A DNA stretch of 64,000 nucleotides from Nitrospirota bacterium (GTDB taxonomy: Bacteria; Nitrospirota; Nitrospiria; Nitrospirales; NS-4): contig CAWBGA010000017.1 in the NCBI GenBank assembly GCA_963788195.1, forward strand, positions 256,001-320,000, given 5' to 3'. The notes under the pieces were generated by a model, which searched no databases, was not told the origin of the DNA, and worked only from the letters and a program-made list of their open reading frames with translations. Both the position numbers and the translations under genes were made by a program. Shown here piece after piece: positions 1 through 11,426 of the stretch (its first letter is position 1; every line of letters begins with the position of its first letter).

Positions 1-3000
1 CCTTCCGCAAAGTGCGAGGCGCGTCCACTATAGTAGAGGTAGTCGCCTGCCATCTTCTGCGGGCCACCCGCAGCAGGGATCGCCGGGTCATACCGCTCGC
101 CAATCGCGAGGTGGATCGTGCTGCGCGGCATGGCCTTGGGGCCGTAGCGCTCCATCGGGAACCAGTGCCCCGTCACGTGCCAGGTGTGCGCCTCGTTCGT
201 CGAGCCCACCAGCGCGCGCACCAGGATCGGATCGCCGAGGTAGGCCCTCAGCAGAGGCGTGCCCGGATCCCCGTGGATCCCCGACACGAACAGCTTTGAA
301 GGATCAGGCTCATTCATGAGCCGCACGCTAAGCGGTTCCACCCGCATGCTATACCCACTGCCGGTAGTGGCCTCACCGCCGTTGAGGAACCACATTGGCG
401 ACTTGTTGATCTTTTCCGGGAACTTGTGGGAAGGCGGACCATCCACCGAGGACGGATTCATACTTGCCTGTGGGTTATCCGCCGTGATCAGCTCCGCGGT
501 GCGGGCGTTACTATCCATGATATGCATCATGATCTCGCGGAAGCTGCCCCGAATATCGCGCGACACCGGCTCAAGCGTGTGAATGTCGGCGATGGGCCCG
601 CTCCGGATTTCTTTTCCGGTAACCGGATCATGATACGTCGAGCGTGGTGGCTCCACAATCAAGGCCCAAAAGAGCCCGTGGCCCCAGGTGTCGGTGCCAA
701 ACACGTGGTCATGCCAGAAGACCGTGCCGTAGTCCGCATCCACGTAGAGACGCTGGCGGGTGAACTCGACGCTGGCGATGTCGTTCTTCTTGTGCCCGTA
801 CTTCAGCGGCGCATCAAACGTGATCGGTTTTGCCTTCGATGTTCTTGATCCGCATGACCTCGAAATACTTGGGATCATCCATCCCTACGCCGAGCTCAGT
901 GTTAGCGTGGTACTTGGAAGTATCCGTTAACGTGATGCTGCGCGAACCCGCTTTGACATCTGCTGTGAGAACCGTGTTCGCCGGCAGAGGCATCCCTTTG
1001 TCCGGCGCCGGGTCCTTCAACATCGTGAAGGCCCGCAGCGACATGTCATAGGAGAAGCCCGCTGTCGCCCCATCGGAGGCGCTGGTATCGAACTGGACGA
1101 AATGCGGGTGCAGGTTGACCTTGTTAGCCCAACCCGTGCGCTCGTCGTCGGGAATCTCGTTCTTGTAAATAATGTCGATGCAGTCGTACACGTTGCCGCG
1201 GATCACGAGCGGGACCTGCTTGTCCGGCGTCTTCCGGACCTCCTGCTCTTCTTCATGCAGCACGAAGATCATGCCGTTGGGGTCGACGATCGCCGGCGTC
1301 TTAGCTGTCGCCTTCTTCAAGCTGATCGGCAAGGTAATCGCATGGATCGTGTACTGCTTGCGCGGCGAATCGGAGGGACACAGACTCCAGGGCCCTTGCT
1401 CGCCCGGCCTGGCCGGCTCTGTGCTCTTCGTTCCATCCTCTCGCACATGGAACGGCTCGAGCCACGGCGCTCCGCCGTGGTTCGGCGCAAACGGCGGTCG
1501 CTTGCCCAAATGCGGCCGCAGCCATGGGAACGCCAGTTTACCGGTCAGTGGATCGAACGTAATCGGCGGCCGCTTCAGAGGCGTGGGGGACGAATAGTCC
1601 GCCCATTTATGCGGCGTCTCCGGCTCATTGAGCGCGACTGCGCCTTCCCACTTCCAATTCACCACCGTCGCGTCATGCGCCTTCGCCTGCTTGACCTGAT
1701 CCTCGGTCTTCCCGGGCAGCCCCTGGGGCGGCAGCATGTACTCCACCCAGTCCTTGATGGAAACTTTCACGGGATTGGCTTTCCAATCCGTCTTATCTTT
1801 CGTAATCTCGCTACTTCTTGCCGCCGAACCAATCCACCGTCGTCCCGACTAACTTTTCGGAGCTAACCGCCGGCTTCATCAAACCTTTCCGGTCCGGCAA
1901 TTCCACCAGCGGCACCATCACGTCTGTCTGGGAACCCTCCACCTGAAGCGTGTTATAGACCCGCCAGAATCCCCACATTCCGGTCACATAGTGCTGGGGA
2001 ATGTGGCAGTGGAAGAGGAACTCCCCGGCAAGACGCTGCAAGCCGCCCGATCCGCCTTCGATCACTTCATCATAAACCTCAGAGGGCCCGATTGATTGCA
2101 CGTCCAGACGATCCGAGGTGTCCCGCATCAGAGGAAACTTGACCGGCCCGCCCTTGCTCAGTCCGAAATCGAGAAGACTTGTCTCCGGTTGGCGTGCCCA
2201 GCGAATCGATCCGCCATGCAGGTGGTGCGAGTGGACGATCTCTGACCCGCCGACCATCCGAAACTTCGCAGGATCGCCAAGATAGGACCGTGGGATCGTC
2301 GTCGCCGGATCTCCGAAGGTATAGGAGCCGTACCCTTGTGATTCATCAGAAAACCCGATCAGGTGCTCTTGCTGCTCCAACCGCGTGCCGTGAGGCTCGC
2401 TGCGGTAGTTCAGCAAGCGCGCCCCCGGCCGATAGGTATCCGTATGGGCGTCGCGCTGCGGGAGCATTTCGCCCTTGCGGTTGAGCAAGCGAAATGTCTC
2501 ATCGCCCGCTTCGTGATAGAAAATCACGAATTCACGAAAGTCATGCGCCCTGGGCGACATCAATCATCGCCTCCCAGCCGCGTCTTCATCTCTTTTCCGG
2601 TGAACGGGCTCAGATGCCGGGAGCCTCGAGGTTCCACGATCACCGCTCCCAGCATGCCCTGTGAATACTGCTCCCGTGTGGCGTGGCTATGGAAAGCATG
2701 ACCACCCTCCTGGGTGTCCGGTCGGATGTACCATTCGAATTCTCCGTCCTTACCCGCCGCAACCAAGGCTTCCGGATTGTTCGCAGTCGCCGGCTTCCCC
2801 GTTTGACGGACAAGCATCTGGGAGCCATTGATGATCATGTTCGTCGGTTCACCCTCGATCTTGTTGCGAAGGGTGATGCGCAAACAATCGCCTTGATTTG
2901 CACGGAGCACCAGTGGCTGGATGAGGTCTCCCTGAAGACCGTTCGAGACGGCGCCCTTGCTGAAGGTCACATCTGCCTCATCCTCGCGCGCCTCCTTATT

Positions 3001-3459
3001 CTTGGCTTCTTCCGCGCGGACGGCCTCGAGGTCTTCGGTCAACGCGTACATATAGCCGGGGAAAAAGTCCCCGAACCGATTTATGGTGATCTCGACAACG
3101 ATCGCCGTGACGTCAAAGGCGCGCACCGGAGCTGACGCGGGACAGAGCAAGCCTGGCAACACCTTTACCTTGTCCTTGTCTTCAGCGACCAGAAGCACGC
3201 CCTGTTGCATCGCATGGGCTCCGGCGCCTTGAAACGGGCCCTTGCTCTGCACTTGCCGTTCGATCTGTTCGATCGCACGGGCCATCTTCTCCTGAAGCAT
3301 GGGTCCCGCCGCCTGATTGACGACCCCAGATGGCGCGTCAACACCATGGCCTTCGTGTGTGCTCTCGGAATGCGAGGGTGCAGCCGTCACGAGAACCGCT
3401 GCAAGCGCCAATGATGGAATCAAGACTGTGAAGAGAAAACGAAAATGTGACCTACACAT
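1..3459 (-). CDS. Large exported multicopper oxidase (MnxG-like, multi-cupredoxin); split by several indels and runs off the window edge
   Basis: ORFs 2560-3459, 1811-2563, 814-1770 and a further frame below 810 join up. Signal peptide; Cu motifs FHSH, HSHHLH, HCHIPQHYVTGM (type-1 Cu), HPH, FWHDH. Confidence 0.85.
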
Positions 3460-3630
3460 GACTGGCCTCCTCGAACGTGAAATGGATGTTAAGCGATGGT
3501 CGTTATCACGGCCTTTGCCGAAGCTCGATGTGTGTACCTCGTGTCCACCGGGAGGTATATATTACTGCGGTTAGCGACGAGAATTATATTACAGTCTCGC
3601 AATATTTCGCAAGGGGGTAGCCCCGTGTTT

Positions 3631-3704
3631 CGTTGCAGCAATCCTAATTACTTGTGCTGCTTTTGCGTGTGGCGTTGCAGCAATCCTAATTACTTGTGCT
3701 GCTT
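3631..3704. repeat. 32-bp direct repeat, period 42 bp, duplicating the stop-codon region of the upstream gene
   Basis: cgttgcagcaatcctaattacttgtgctgctt at 3631-3662 and 3673-3704. Confidence 0.95.
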
Positions 3705-4646
3705 CTGCCTCTGCTGGCTGCTCTCTGGTTTCTTAGTAGGCTCTTTGCCGGTTTCTGTGCCTGCAGGCAGCTGTATCTCAGAAGCATTTTCCGGCACGGC
3801 ATCTAAAATTTTATCCTCTCCGACAAGGAACATCGCCGGGGCTCCGGTATAGGCACGCTTGATTCGGCTACGCGCCTCCGACTGGACCCCTAGGCGCTTC
3901 TTTTCCCCGTCGTCTGTGAGAATCTCTGCCCATTCAACGTCGTCGGCGATCTCCGCGATCCTCCCATGCAGAATCCGATGTTTCGGCGGACTCCCTTCGC
4001 GGTAGAAGTCTACGATGCCGTTTTCGGAGTTAATGATGATGTTCACCTGGTCTCCCTCTTTCAGGGACGCAGCCCCTTGGTCTTGGGCCTGCTTCAGCGA
4101 TAACGGACGGGTCTTCAAGTCGCCAAGGTTGACCCGAATCATCTCGCCTTTGATCTCTTCCACTGTCCCCCTGACAATCGTATGGCCGGGAAGGAGTTGT
4201 AGGTCGGATGCTTTTTGGTCTGTATGGGGCATCACCCCCGATTGGGGAGCTTTTGAGTCTCGACCAGTGCCGGGCGACCGTTGGCCTTCCATCTTGTCCG
4301 GCGGCATGTATTTGATCACGGAGGCGACACCGGACTTATCGACGTGCGCTTGAACTTTATCGCCTGGCTTGAACTCGTCACGAACGATGGTTTGATCGGT
4401 GACTTTCAGGCGAACCTCCTTCCCATCCGTATCCTTAATGACATATGCTTCTTTTTCGATTTTTAAAATCTCACCCCGGATGACTTCCTCTCCCGGCAGA
4501 GGCTTAAACTCCTTGAAACGCGCCTGGGCCAATATGATCATTCCAGTGTCGGCCGGCACAAGCGGTTGAGCGAGCAGAGGGGTGGTGCAGACGAGCATTG
4601 CGATAAGCCCGAGGGCAGTAATCTTTCCCATTTCTAATACCTCCAC
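3690..4646 (-). CDS. Exported hypothetical protein with repeated small beta-barrel (OB/DUF5666-like) domains
   Basis: 318-aa ORF with signal peptide and recurring 'IRGEI..I......I.D.DG' / 'LKEGD.V' motifs. Confidence 0.6.
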   Translation of the reverse strand: MEVLEMGKITALGLIAMLVCTTPLLAQPLVPADTGMIILAQARFKEFKPLPGEEVIRGEILKIEKEAYVIKDTDGKEVRLKVTDQTIVRDEFKPGDKVQAHVDKSGVASVIKYMPPDKMEGQRSPGTGRDSKAPQSGVMPHTDQKASDLQLLPGHTIVRGTVEEIKGEMIRVNLGDLKTRPLSLKQAQDQGAASLKEGDQVNIIINSENGIVDFYREGSPPKHRILHGRIAEIADDVEWAEILTDDGEKKRLGVQSEARSRIKRAYTGAPAMFLVGEDKILDAVPENASEIQLPAGTETGKEPTKKPESSQQRQKQHK

Positions 4647-4754
4647 TAGTAATTCAAATCAGCGATTGCGATATTAATAGTTATCATCTAGGACCCGAAA
4701 GCACCCTCCTCCGATCGTGGAGTGCACCCCACCTAACGCAGAGCCGGCGCATAA

Positions 4755-5333
4755 TCATGACGCCGGCGTCGGTTGGCGCTTTAGCAAGCGGTCTTCAAAG
4801 AATCCGTACGGTGGCTCAAAAAAACGGGACGATTGGCGGATAAATTTTACGTTTCGATATTCAAGAGACCAGTCCCCTGCCTTGCTGATGGTTTTCATGG
4901 AAAACCGCTCATCTCTGGTGACCCACTGATAGAATTGGTGGCGAAGACCATTGATCAGTGTGGTCACTTCGAAGAGCTCCGTAGGATAGCCGTTAAGATC
5001 TTCTGTACCGATAAACTCGCGGTTGATCTCGCCTTCCATAGCTTCGGTGACATACAGGAGGTCAATCGGCTCAAGCGGCACTTCAATGAAGACCTGTCGC
5101 TGGGAAATGATTCGCCACGCGGAACGCCGGTCTTGGCGCACAATACTCGCCATGGCCCCCGCTTGAGGCTTGGCATACTCGAACCGCCAACGATCTTCCT
5201 TCGCGCGAACCGCAGCGACAATCTCGCGGCCTTTTTGCAGAAGAATTCTGTCGGCGGAGAACTCAAAAGCGGCTGCGGGTGATTCGGCGTATAGTCCAAG
5301 GAATACCAGAAGCAGTGCTATTCTGGACTGCAT
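4755..5333 (-). CDS. Exported DUF4412/LolA-like protein
   Basis: Signal peptide, 'FSAD', 'GTEDLNGYPT' and C-terminal 'FEPPYGF', typical of this fold family. Confidence 0.65.
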   Translation of the reverse strand: MQSRIALLLVFLGLYAESPAAAFEFSADRILLQKGREIVAAVRAKEDRWRFEYAKPQAGAMASIVRQDRRSAWRIISQRQVFIEVPLEPIDLLYVTEAMEGEINREFIGTEDLNGYPTELFEVTTLINGLRHQFYQWVTRDERFSMKTISKAGDWSLEYRNVKFIRQSSRFFEPPYGFFEDRLLKRQPTPAS

Positions 5334-5538
5334 GGGATTTCTCCATCGTGCAGGCAGCCGAAAGCCTTTTCTATCATACCAGCCAGGACAGCGACAACAC
5401 TACTATTGTGATGTGACAGCCAAAAGCCGCCCACGGAGTCGACCTAGGATAGGCTTGATGCGAATGAGGCGGAGGCTCTCACGGGCCTCCGGGCGATGGA
5501 AACCTGGAGTGAATCGTGAGTCCGAAGCGGCTGTTCTG

Positions 5539-5900
5539 TTAATAGCGGAGTGAACGATGAAAGTGCCGGTTACATTGAGAACACTTCCACGGGTAGAGTC
5601 CCAATAATCCCAAGAGAAAATCCCAAATGCCCTTCCGGCGGATACGATGGCTCCGTTGCAAACAATTGCACGCGGTCTGCTCGGCCCTTTCCGTCCTGAC
5701 CTTAGGAACGGACGGAGATGTCAGCGCCTGCGTATCATTGCACGCGGTCTGCTCGGCCCTTTCGTCCTGACCTCAGGAACCGGCGGAGGTCTCAGCGCCT
5801 GCGTATCCTCTTTGGGTTCAGTGGAAACCTGGCGAGCTAATTTATCCAGCAGCATCCGTTCCGTCTGGGCAAACTGCAGGGCTTCGAAAATCTTGCTCAT
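5539..5900 (-). CDS. Small protein not in the ORF track: MSKIFEAL N-terminus, 24-aa tandem repeat, C-terminal Cys-rich zinc-ribbon-like domain; one indel
   Basis: ATG at 5900, directly after the ATPase stop. Restoring one base missing from one repeat copy gives a continuous ORF ending ...CNCLQRSHRIRRKGIWDFLLGLLGLYPWKCSQCNRHFHRSLRY*. Confidence 0.7.
5665..5807. repeat. 72-bp tandem duplication (2 copies) within the small CDS
   Basis: attgcacgcggtctgctcggccctt...tcagcgcctgcgtatc starts at 5665 and at 5737. Confidence 0.9.
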
Positions 5901-5902
5901 CC

Positions 5903-7847
5903 CTACTCTCCTCTGGAAACCCTTTTGCTGGCCGGAAGAACGATAGCAATCGCTCCTCCAAGATCCCCCTCGTTGTAGCCCTCCTTCGGGTAGCCTGAAA
6001 TGTCTATCTCCCCTTTCGGCTTACCATGACAACCCAGGCATTGCTTGGTGTAGAAGAGCGGCAGTATGACGCGGACCCCCAAATCCGGAAGTCGCTGCTC
6101 CACGGCGTGATCACCGATTCTGGGATGGCTTTTTTGAATGGCCTTAAGAGCCAGTTCCTCCTGTACATCAGGTTTATTATCCGGATTCCTGGGCGGGGCC
6201 CCGGGGGGGCCGATCTGCCGCAACTTTAGTCCCGTATCCTTAGAGAACTGCGCCGCGACATTCGTGCCAAAGGTCGCAGGGATAAAGCCCTTGAACCCGA
6301 TCCCCTTCTTGTTGATTAACGGCTGAACGTCTTGCACGGCTTTCTGCATGAAGAAGGCAAGCCTGACAAGCAGTGGTTTAGCGCGTTCGGGCATAGCGGC
6401 AGGCGCCAGATTGCGCAAGTCATGACCGGTCCTTGAAAGAAACTGGCTCCTCAATTGGGCCTCGAAAGCCGATGAGGAGAAACCTTTATGCTCGAGTCTT
6501 GGATTGTTGATCGTCGGTTGCATCTTTCCCACGACCACCCTTCCGGAGTCCAGGAGCACCGTCAACAGCCGGGCAGTTTCGGCCAATTCCGCAGACTCCA
6601 TTGTCACAATCTCGCTACTCGGAGAGTTCCTTGGCGTATCGCTACTCCCAGGGCTCCTGGTAGTGTTGTCGCCGGGGTTTTTGGGGATCTCGCTACTCCC
6701 GACACTGCTAGGGGTCTCACTATCGACGGGTTTTTTTGCGGTTTCACTACTCCCCGAAGTCTTTGCGTTCTCGCTACTCCCTACGCTCTTTGTGGTGTCG
6801 CTGTTCCCGGGGTTCTTTTGGCTCTCATTAGTCCAGGAGTTCTTTGTGGTCCCCTCAGTCTCGGCGACCGCCTTCTGTTCAGACTTTGGCTCGAGCTGAT
6901 TCAGGTCTGGCGACGCGACACTGACGCTGATCCCGGGGGGTTTCATACCGGCGCCGAGATAAACGATCACGGGCAAAGCCACCGCGAGAAGGGCAGCCAG
7001 GGTGAACGCGCTTCGACCTTTCCAAAAGTGGAGAAAACCTGGTCCCTGGAAATCGGCAATGACTTCCTCGGCAATCTTGCGTGAAACCGTCGGCTGTTGA
7101 TACCCAAAGCCGGTGATCAGTGCACTGTCACAGATGATGTTCAATCTTCGAGGGATCCCCTTAGCAGTCTTCACAATCAGATCAAGTGCATCTTTCGAAA
7201 AAATAGACCGTTTGTTAATACTGGCATGCGCAAGTCGATGGTCGATGTATGCGAAGCTTTCGGTTTGCGTCAGAGGCAAAATCCTTGCACGAACGGCGAT
7301 GCGTTCACGCACCTGGCGTAACTCGTGGCGGTCAAGCAGCGTTTCCAGCTCAGGTTGACCCACGAGCACGATCTGGATCAGCTTTTCCGTCGAAGTCTCA
7401 AGATTGGAGAGCATCCGAATGCCTTCCAAGGTTTCAGCTGGGATATTTTGCGCTTCGTCAATTACCAGGACGACCACGCCACCGTTTCGGTACTCGTGCA
7501 ATCGACAACTCATGCAACTGACTCACCATCTCGGTCGCCTGCCCGCTAACCGGTTCGACTCCTAATTCTTTTAAGATAGTGATGAGAAGGCTTTCGAAGG
7601 TGACCCGCGGATTAAAAATATAGATTGTTTTCTGTTTCGTCTTCTCGACGGTTTCGAGGTACGAACGAAGAATCAAGGTCTTGCCGACCCCGACTTCCCC
7701 GGTAATGGCGATAAATCCCTTCCTTTGTTCGATGCCATAGATGATCGAAGCTAACGCTTCCTTGTGGCTTGGGCTCAAGAATAGGAAATCGGCATCAGGT
7801 GTGGTCTGGAAGGGTTGCTTCGTGAAACCGTAGTAATCGATATACAT
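5903..7847 (-). CDS. ExeA/GspA-type AAA+ ATPase fused via a TM helix and Ser/Thr repeats to a C-terminal DUF3365 (Tll0287-like) heme-c domain; one indel near 7500
   Basis: MYIDYYGFTKQPF start, Walker A GEVGVGKT, Walker B VIDEAQ, GQPEL, GIPRRLN; C-terminal RNPDNKPD...CLGCHG...GDLGGAI. Confidence 0.85.
6600..6845 (-). repeat. About nine imperfect 9-aa (27-bp) Ser/Thr-rich linker repeats
   Basis: KNPGNSDTT KSVGSSENA KTSGSSETA KKPVDSETP SSVGSSEIP KNPGDNTT RSPGSSDTP RNSPSSEIV. Confidence 0.85.
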
Positions 7848-8319
7848 TAGACTAATCAATATCCCCTAGACTACTCAATATCCCCTACTCGAAGGCATTG
7901 ACTCTCTGGCATATGTGACAGAAGGGCCATTTGTGAGACACGACCGCTTTATTTTGCAGTCATATTCCCCAATATTGTCCTAACGTTAGTGCGTCTCTAG
8001 CGACGTTGGGTCAGACCTAGAAGCGATAGCGAGGGCATTATGTTGTTACAGAGTTCACCGCTTGTGTCAAGCCGTACTGAAGTATCTCTGAGGTCAAGTA
8101 GGTACAGGTAGAGTGTCTAAAGTATCACGATTTAACGCCTTTCTCTACAACTCACCGATGCTGAACCCACCGCGATAATCGGGATTAGCCCTGAGGAATT
8201 CCCCTCCAAAACGAATCTCGCTGTTCGGTGAGGAGTTCATTTTCTGCAAATCCTCGGTGCCCAAATCGTGTAAAATATCATCTCGAGTGCGCCTGGGTGC
8301 TGGCCGATTGGGTCCAAGT

Positions 8320-8748
8320 TTGGCTGTTCGCGTTATTCGTTTAGGTAGTCGGCGCTCCCCGGGAGAGGGTCTTCGATTGGGCACCGTGAGAAGACCGCCC
8401 CGGGGTGTGCGTAAAACAGAGTATGCCGGTCGAAACTACTTCGACGTCTGGTTTCCCGAACTGGCGCCCAGCGCAAAGCTGGTCAACTGGGCCTTCTCAG
8501 AGCCGTTCACCGAACCGCGATGGACCAGATACGCCAGAAGCTACCGTCGCGAAATGCAAGCACCTGATCGTCAGCGCATGCTTCAGTTACTCGCGCGGTT
8601 GTCACATCAGACCAACTTCTCTGTGGGGTGTTACTGCGAACGTGAGGAGCGGTGCCACCGGTCACTTCTGCGAGAACTTCTGGCGGAGCAAGGCGCGAAG
8701 ATAGAGACCCCGCACAATCGGCCTATGGAAGGGAAAAAGGCTTGCTAA
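8320..8748 (+). CDS. DUF488 (YeaO-like) family protein
   Basis: RRPPRGVRK, W.PELAPS, Y.REM, C.CE.E.RCHRSLL motifs. Start codon uncertain. Confidence 0.85.
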   Translation: MAVRVIRLGSRRSPGEGLRLGTVRRPPRGVRKTEYAGRNYFDVWFPELAPSAKLVNWAFSEPFTEPRWTRYARSYRREMQAPDRQRMLQLLARLSHQTNFSVGCYCEREERCHRSLLRELLAEQGAKIETPHNRPMEGKKAC

Positions 8749-8840
8749 AGGTCTCTGACGAGCGGTAACTCACGCACCAAATTACTGGACGACAGTGTAA
8801 GAAGTTACGTCTTCAAAAGATAACGGTATGGGAGGACGCA

Positions 8841-9779
8841 ATGTCGGATCCCGCACCAATTAATACCATGCCTTCTGACGACTCTTCGCCTCTCAAAGAG
8901 CCTGAACAGGAAGTAAGTCCGGCAGAGCCACCTTCGTTGGACGAGACACCTCCCAATCTTTCCACGACGCGTTGGTATTACCGCCATTTTTTACCCGTCC
9001 GTGTGAGTCACTGGATCAACGTCGTCTGCGTTCTGATTCTCATCATGAGCGGCTTTCAGATTTTTAACGCGCATCCGGCGCTCTATTGGGGCAATCGCTC
9101 CGATCGAGATCGTCCTATCCTGACAATGACGTCGGTGAGAACCGAGACGGGCGAGCGTAAAGGAATTACAATGGTGGCGGGGCACGTCTTTGATACGACC
9201 GGGGTGCTTGGATATTCCGGGCAAAGGGCGAGGGGCTTTCCAAGTTGGGCCACTCTTCCCGGCGACCAGTGGCTCGCCATGGGACGGCGGTGGCATCTGT
9301 TCTTTGCCTGGATTTTTGTGATCAATGGAGTGCTTTTCGGCCTCTATGCTTTTCTCAAAGGGCACTTTTGGAGGAATTTGTTTCCTCATTGGAAGGATCT
9401 TCAAAATATCGGCAAAACCATATTGAACCATCTATTCTTTCGGCACCCCTCGGGAGAAGAAGCAAAACACTATAACGTGCTGCAGAAAATTGCCTATACA
9501 GGCGTGATTTTTGGATTGGGACCACTGATCGTTTTGACCGGACTCGCGATGTCGCCGGCAATCGATGCCGCCTTTCCGGGACTTCTCACGGTCTTCGGCG
9601 GGCGGCAATCCGCGCGGACGATTCACTTTTTAGCCTGTTTCGCGTTTATCGGCTTCATCGTCATTCATCTCAGCCAAGTCATCGTGACCGGGCTTTGGAA
9701 CAACCTCAGATCCATCGTCACCGGCTGGTACACCATCCGGGAAACTGGAGAGGCCCATGAAAAGACCACCGCTGATTGA
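8841..9779 (+). CDS. Cytochrome b/b6-domain membrane subunit (Ni/Fe-hydrogenase/thiosulfate reductase cytochrome b-like)
   Basis: VRVSHWIN, RRWHLFFAW, YNVLQK, ARTIHF heme-ligand helices. Confidence 0.85.
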   Translation: MSDPAPINTMPSDDSSPLKEPEQEVSPAEPPSLDETPPNLSTTRWYYRHFLPVRVSHWINVVCVLILIMSGFQIFNAHPALYWGNRSDRDRPILTMTSVRTETGERKGITMVAGHVFDTTGVLGYSGQRARGFPSWATLPGDQWLAMGRRWHLFFAWIFVINGVLFGLYAFLKGHFWRNLFPHWKDLQNIGKTILNHLFFRHPSGEEAKHYNVLQKIAYTGVIFGLGPLIVLTGLAMSPAIDAAFPGLLTVFGGRQSARTIHFLACFAFIGFIVIHLSQVIVTGLWNNLRSIVTGWYTIRETGEAHEKTTAD

Positions 9780-10527
9780 TCGCCGTCGCTTTCTGCTCGG
9801 CGCCGCGCAGGCAGCAGGATTGTTGTTACTGGGCGGATGCGACAACCTGTCCCGGAGCGACTGGTTTCCGCGGCTATTGAGCCGGGCGGAGGGCCTCACC
9901 CGAAGGGCGCAGCGACTTGTCGTAGCCCGACGCGCAATGGCACAGGAATATACGGAATCTGATCTGTCGCCTGTGTTCCCGTCAAACGGCACGCGCGATC
10001 CGAACGATCCGGATTACCAGGCCGTGGCGCAGAAGAGCTTTGTGGACTGGAGGTTGGAGATCGGCGGCCTCGTCAAGAGCCCGGCGAGTTTTTCGCTCTC
10101 CGAGCTTCGCCAGTTTCCCTCGCGCACACAGATTACACGACACGACTGTGTCGAAGGTTGGAGCGCCATCGGAAAATGGAAGGGTGTCCCCCTGAGTGAG
10201 CTACTGTCCCGCGCGCAGCCGCTTCCTTCAGCACGCTATGCCGTATTCTTTTGCGCAGACCCGGATGATGACGACCACTACTATTACGAGAGCATTGATT
10301 TCGAAGACGCCTATCATCCGCAGACCATCATGGCCTATGAGCTGAACAATCAGCCTCTGCCCATCGCGAATGGCGCGCCGCTGCGGCTCCGAGTTGAGCG
10401 GCAACTTGGTTACAAGATGGCCAAGTACGTGATGCGAATCGAGTTGATCGATAATTTCCATTCCATTGCCGGAGGAAAAGGAGGGTACTGGGAGGATCGG
10501 GGCTACGAATGGTACGCCGGGATTTAA
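9757..10527 (+). CDS. Tat-exported molybdopterin oxidoreductase (sulfite oxidase/MsrP-like family)
   Basis: RRRFLL Tat motif followed by LGGC; HDCVEGWS, NGAPLRL, GYKMAKY, GYWEDRGY. Confidence 0.9.
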   Translation: MKRPPLIDRRRFLLGAAQAAGLLLLGGCDNLSRSDWFPRLLSRAEGLTRRAQRLVVARRAMAQEYTESDLSPVFPSNGTRDPNDPDYQAVAQKSFVDWRLEIGGLVKSPASFSLSELRQFPSRTQITRHDCVEGWSAIGKWKGVPLSELLSRAQPLPSARYAVFFCADPDDDDHYYYESIDFEDAYHPQTIMAYELNNQPLPIANGAPLRLRVERQLGYKMAKYVMRIELIDNFHSIAGGKGGYWEDRGYEWYAGI

Positions 10528-10599
10528 ACTCTATCTGATTCAGATCCAGCTGTTAAGAATCAGATCCGCACTTCCACGAGTCTGGAAAACAGGACTTTA

Positions 10600-11169
10600 A
10601 TGGAACACGCGCGTCCTTTATTCATACCGGTCATCCTGGGAACAAGCCGTAAAGGCCGGATGAGTCGGCATGTGGCACAGCTCCTCGCCGACAACATCGC
10701 GCCACGAGCCGGCATTGAGACAGAGCTGATCGATATCGCTTCTATGCGAATCCCCACGGATGATGCCGGGGAAGCCATCAAGGACCCCGCCTTCTCAGAC
10801 AGAATGAAACGCGCCGACGCTCTCGTGATTGTCGCTCCCGAGTACAACCACGGCTATCCCGGCTTGCTTAAGCACGTGCTCGACACCTGTCTTCAAGAGT
10901 ACATCCATAAGGCCGTCGGTATTGTCGGCGTCTCGGCCGGAGGATTCGGAGGGGCTCGCGTTATTGAAAATCTGCTGCCGGTGATGCGGGAAATCGGGCT
11001 GGTCACGATCTTCTGGGATGTGAACTTCTCGAATGTTCAGGCTGTATTTGACCAGGACGGACGATTGTTGGATGAGGCGTACAGGCCTCGCATAGATAAG
11101 TTTCTGAAAGAGCTGATTTGGATGGCAAAGACCTTGCGGTACGGACGCGAGCAGGTGGAGCTCGGCTAG
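10600..11169 (+). CDS. NADPH-dependent FMN reductase
   Basis: GTSRKGR, PEYNHGYPG.LK..LD, GGFGGAR. Confidence 0.9.
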   Translation: MEHARPLFIPVILGTSRKGRMSRHVAQLLADNIAPRAGIETELIDIASMRIPTDDAGEAIKDPAFSDRMKRADALVIVAPEYNHGYPGLLKHVLDTCLQEYIHKAVGIVGVSAGGFGGARVIENLLPVMREIGLVTIFWDVNFSNVQAVFDQDGRLLDEAYRPRIDKFLKELIWMAKTLRYGREQVELG

Positions 11170-11172
11170 TGC

Positions 11173-11376
11173 ATGGCTGGGAAGAGACCAAAGCTGTTGT
11201 GCCCGAAGTGCGGAGCCGCAATGAATCATCATGCGGAAAAGATCGTACTCCCGATCGACCTGCGGGAGGCCGCTCGGGTCGACCCTACCTTCGGCGGGCT
11301 GGTGGAAGAATTCCATACCTGTCCGAACTGCGGAAACAGCGAAACCCGAGAGGCGACGGACTCCTTTCATGTTTGA
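11173..11376 (+). CDS. Small zinc-ribbon protein
   Basis: CPKCG...HTCPNCG in 67 aa, directly after the FMN reductase. Confidence 0.7.
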   Translation: MAGKRPKLLCPKCGAAMNHHAEKIVLPIDLREAARVDPTFGGLVEEFHTCPNCGNSETREATDSFHV

Positions 11377-11426
11377 AGGGAAGATCTGGGCTGTATCAGG
11401 AGATTGAAGAGTGCGTCGCGGAAGGG

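Noticed and set aside
7857..7887. Short direct repeat caatatccccta upstream of the ATPase
   Set aside because: Only two 12-bp copies, with no further support for a function.
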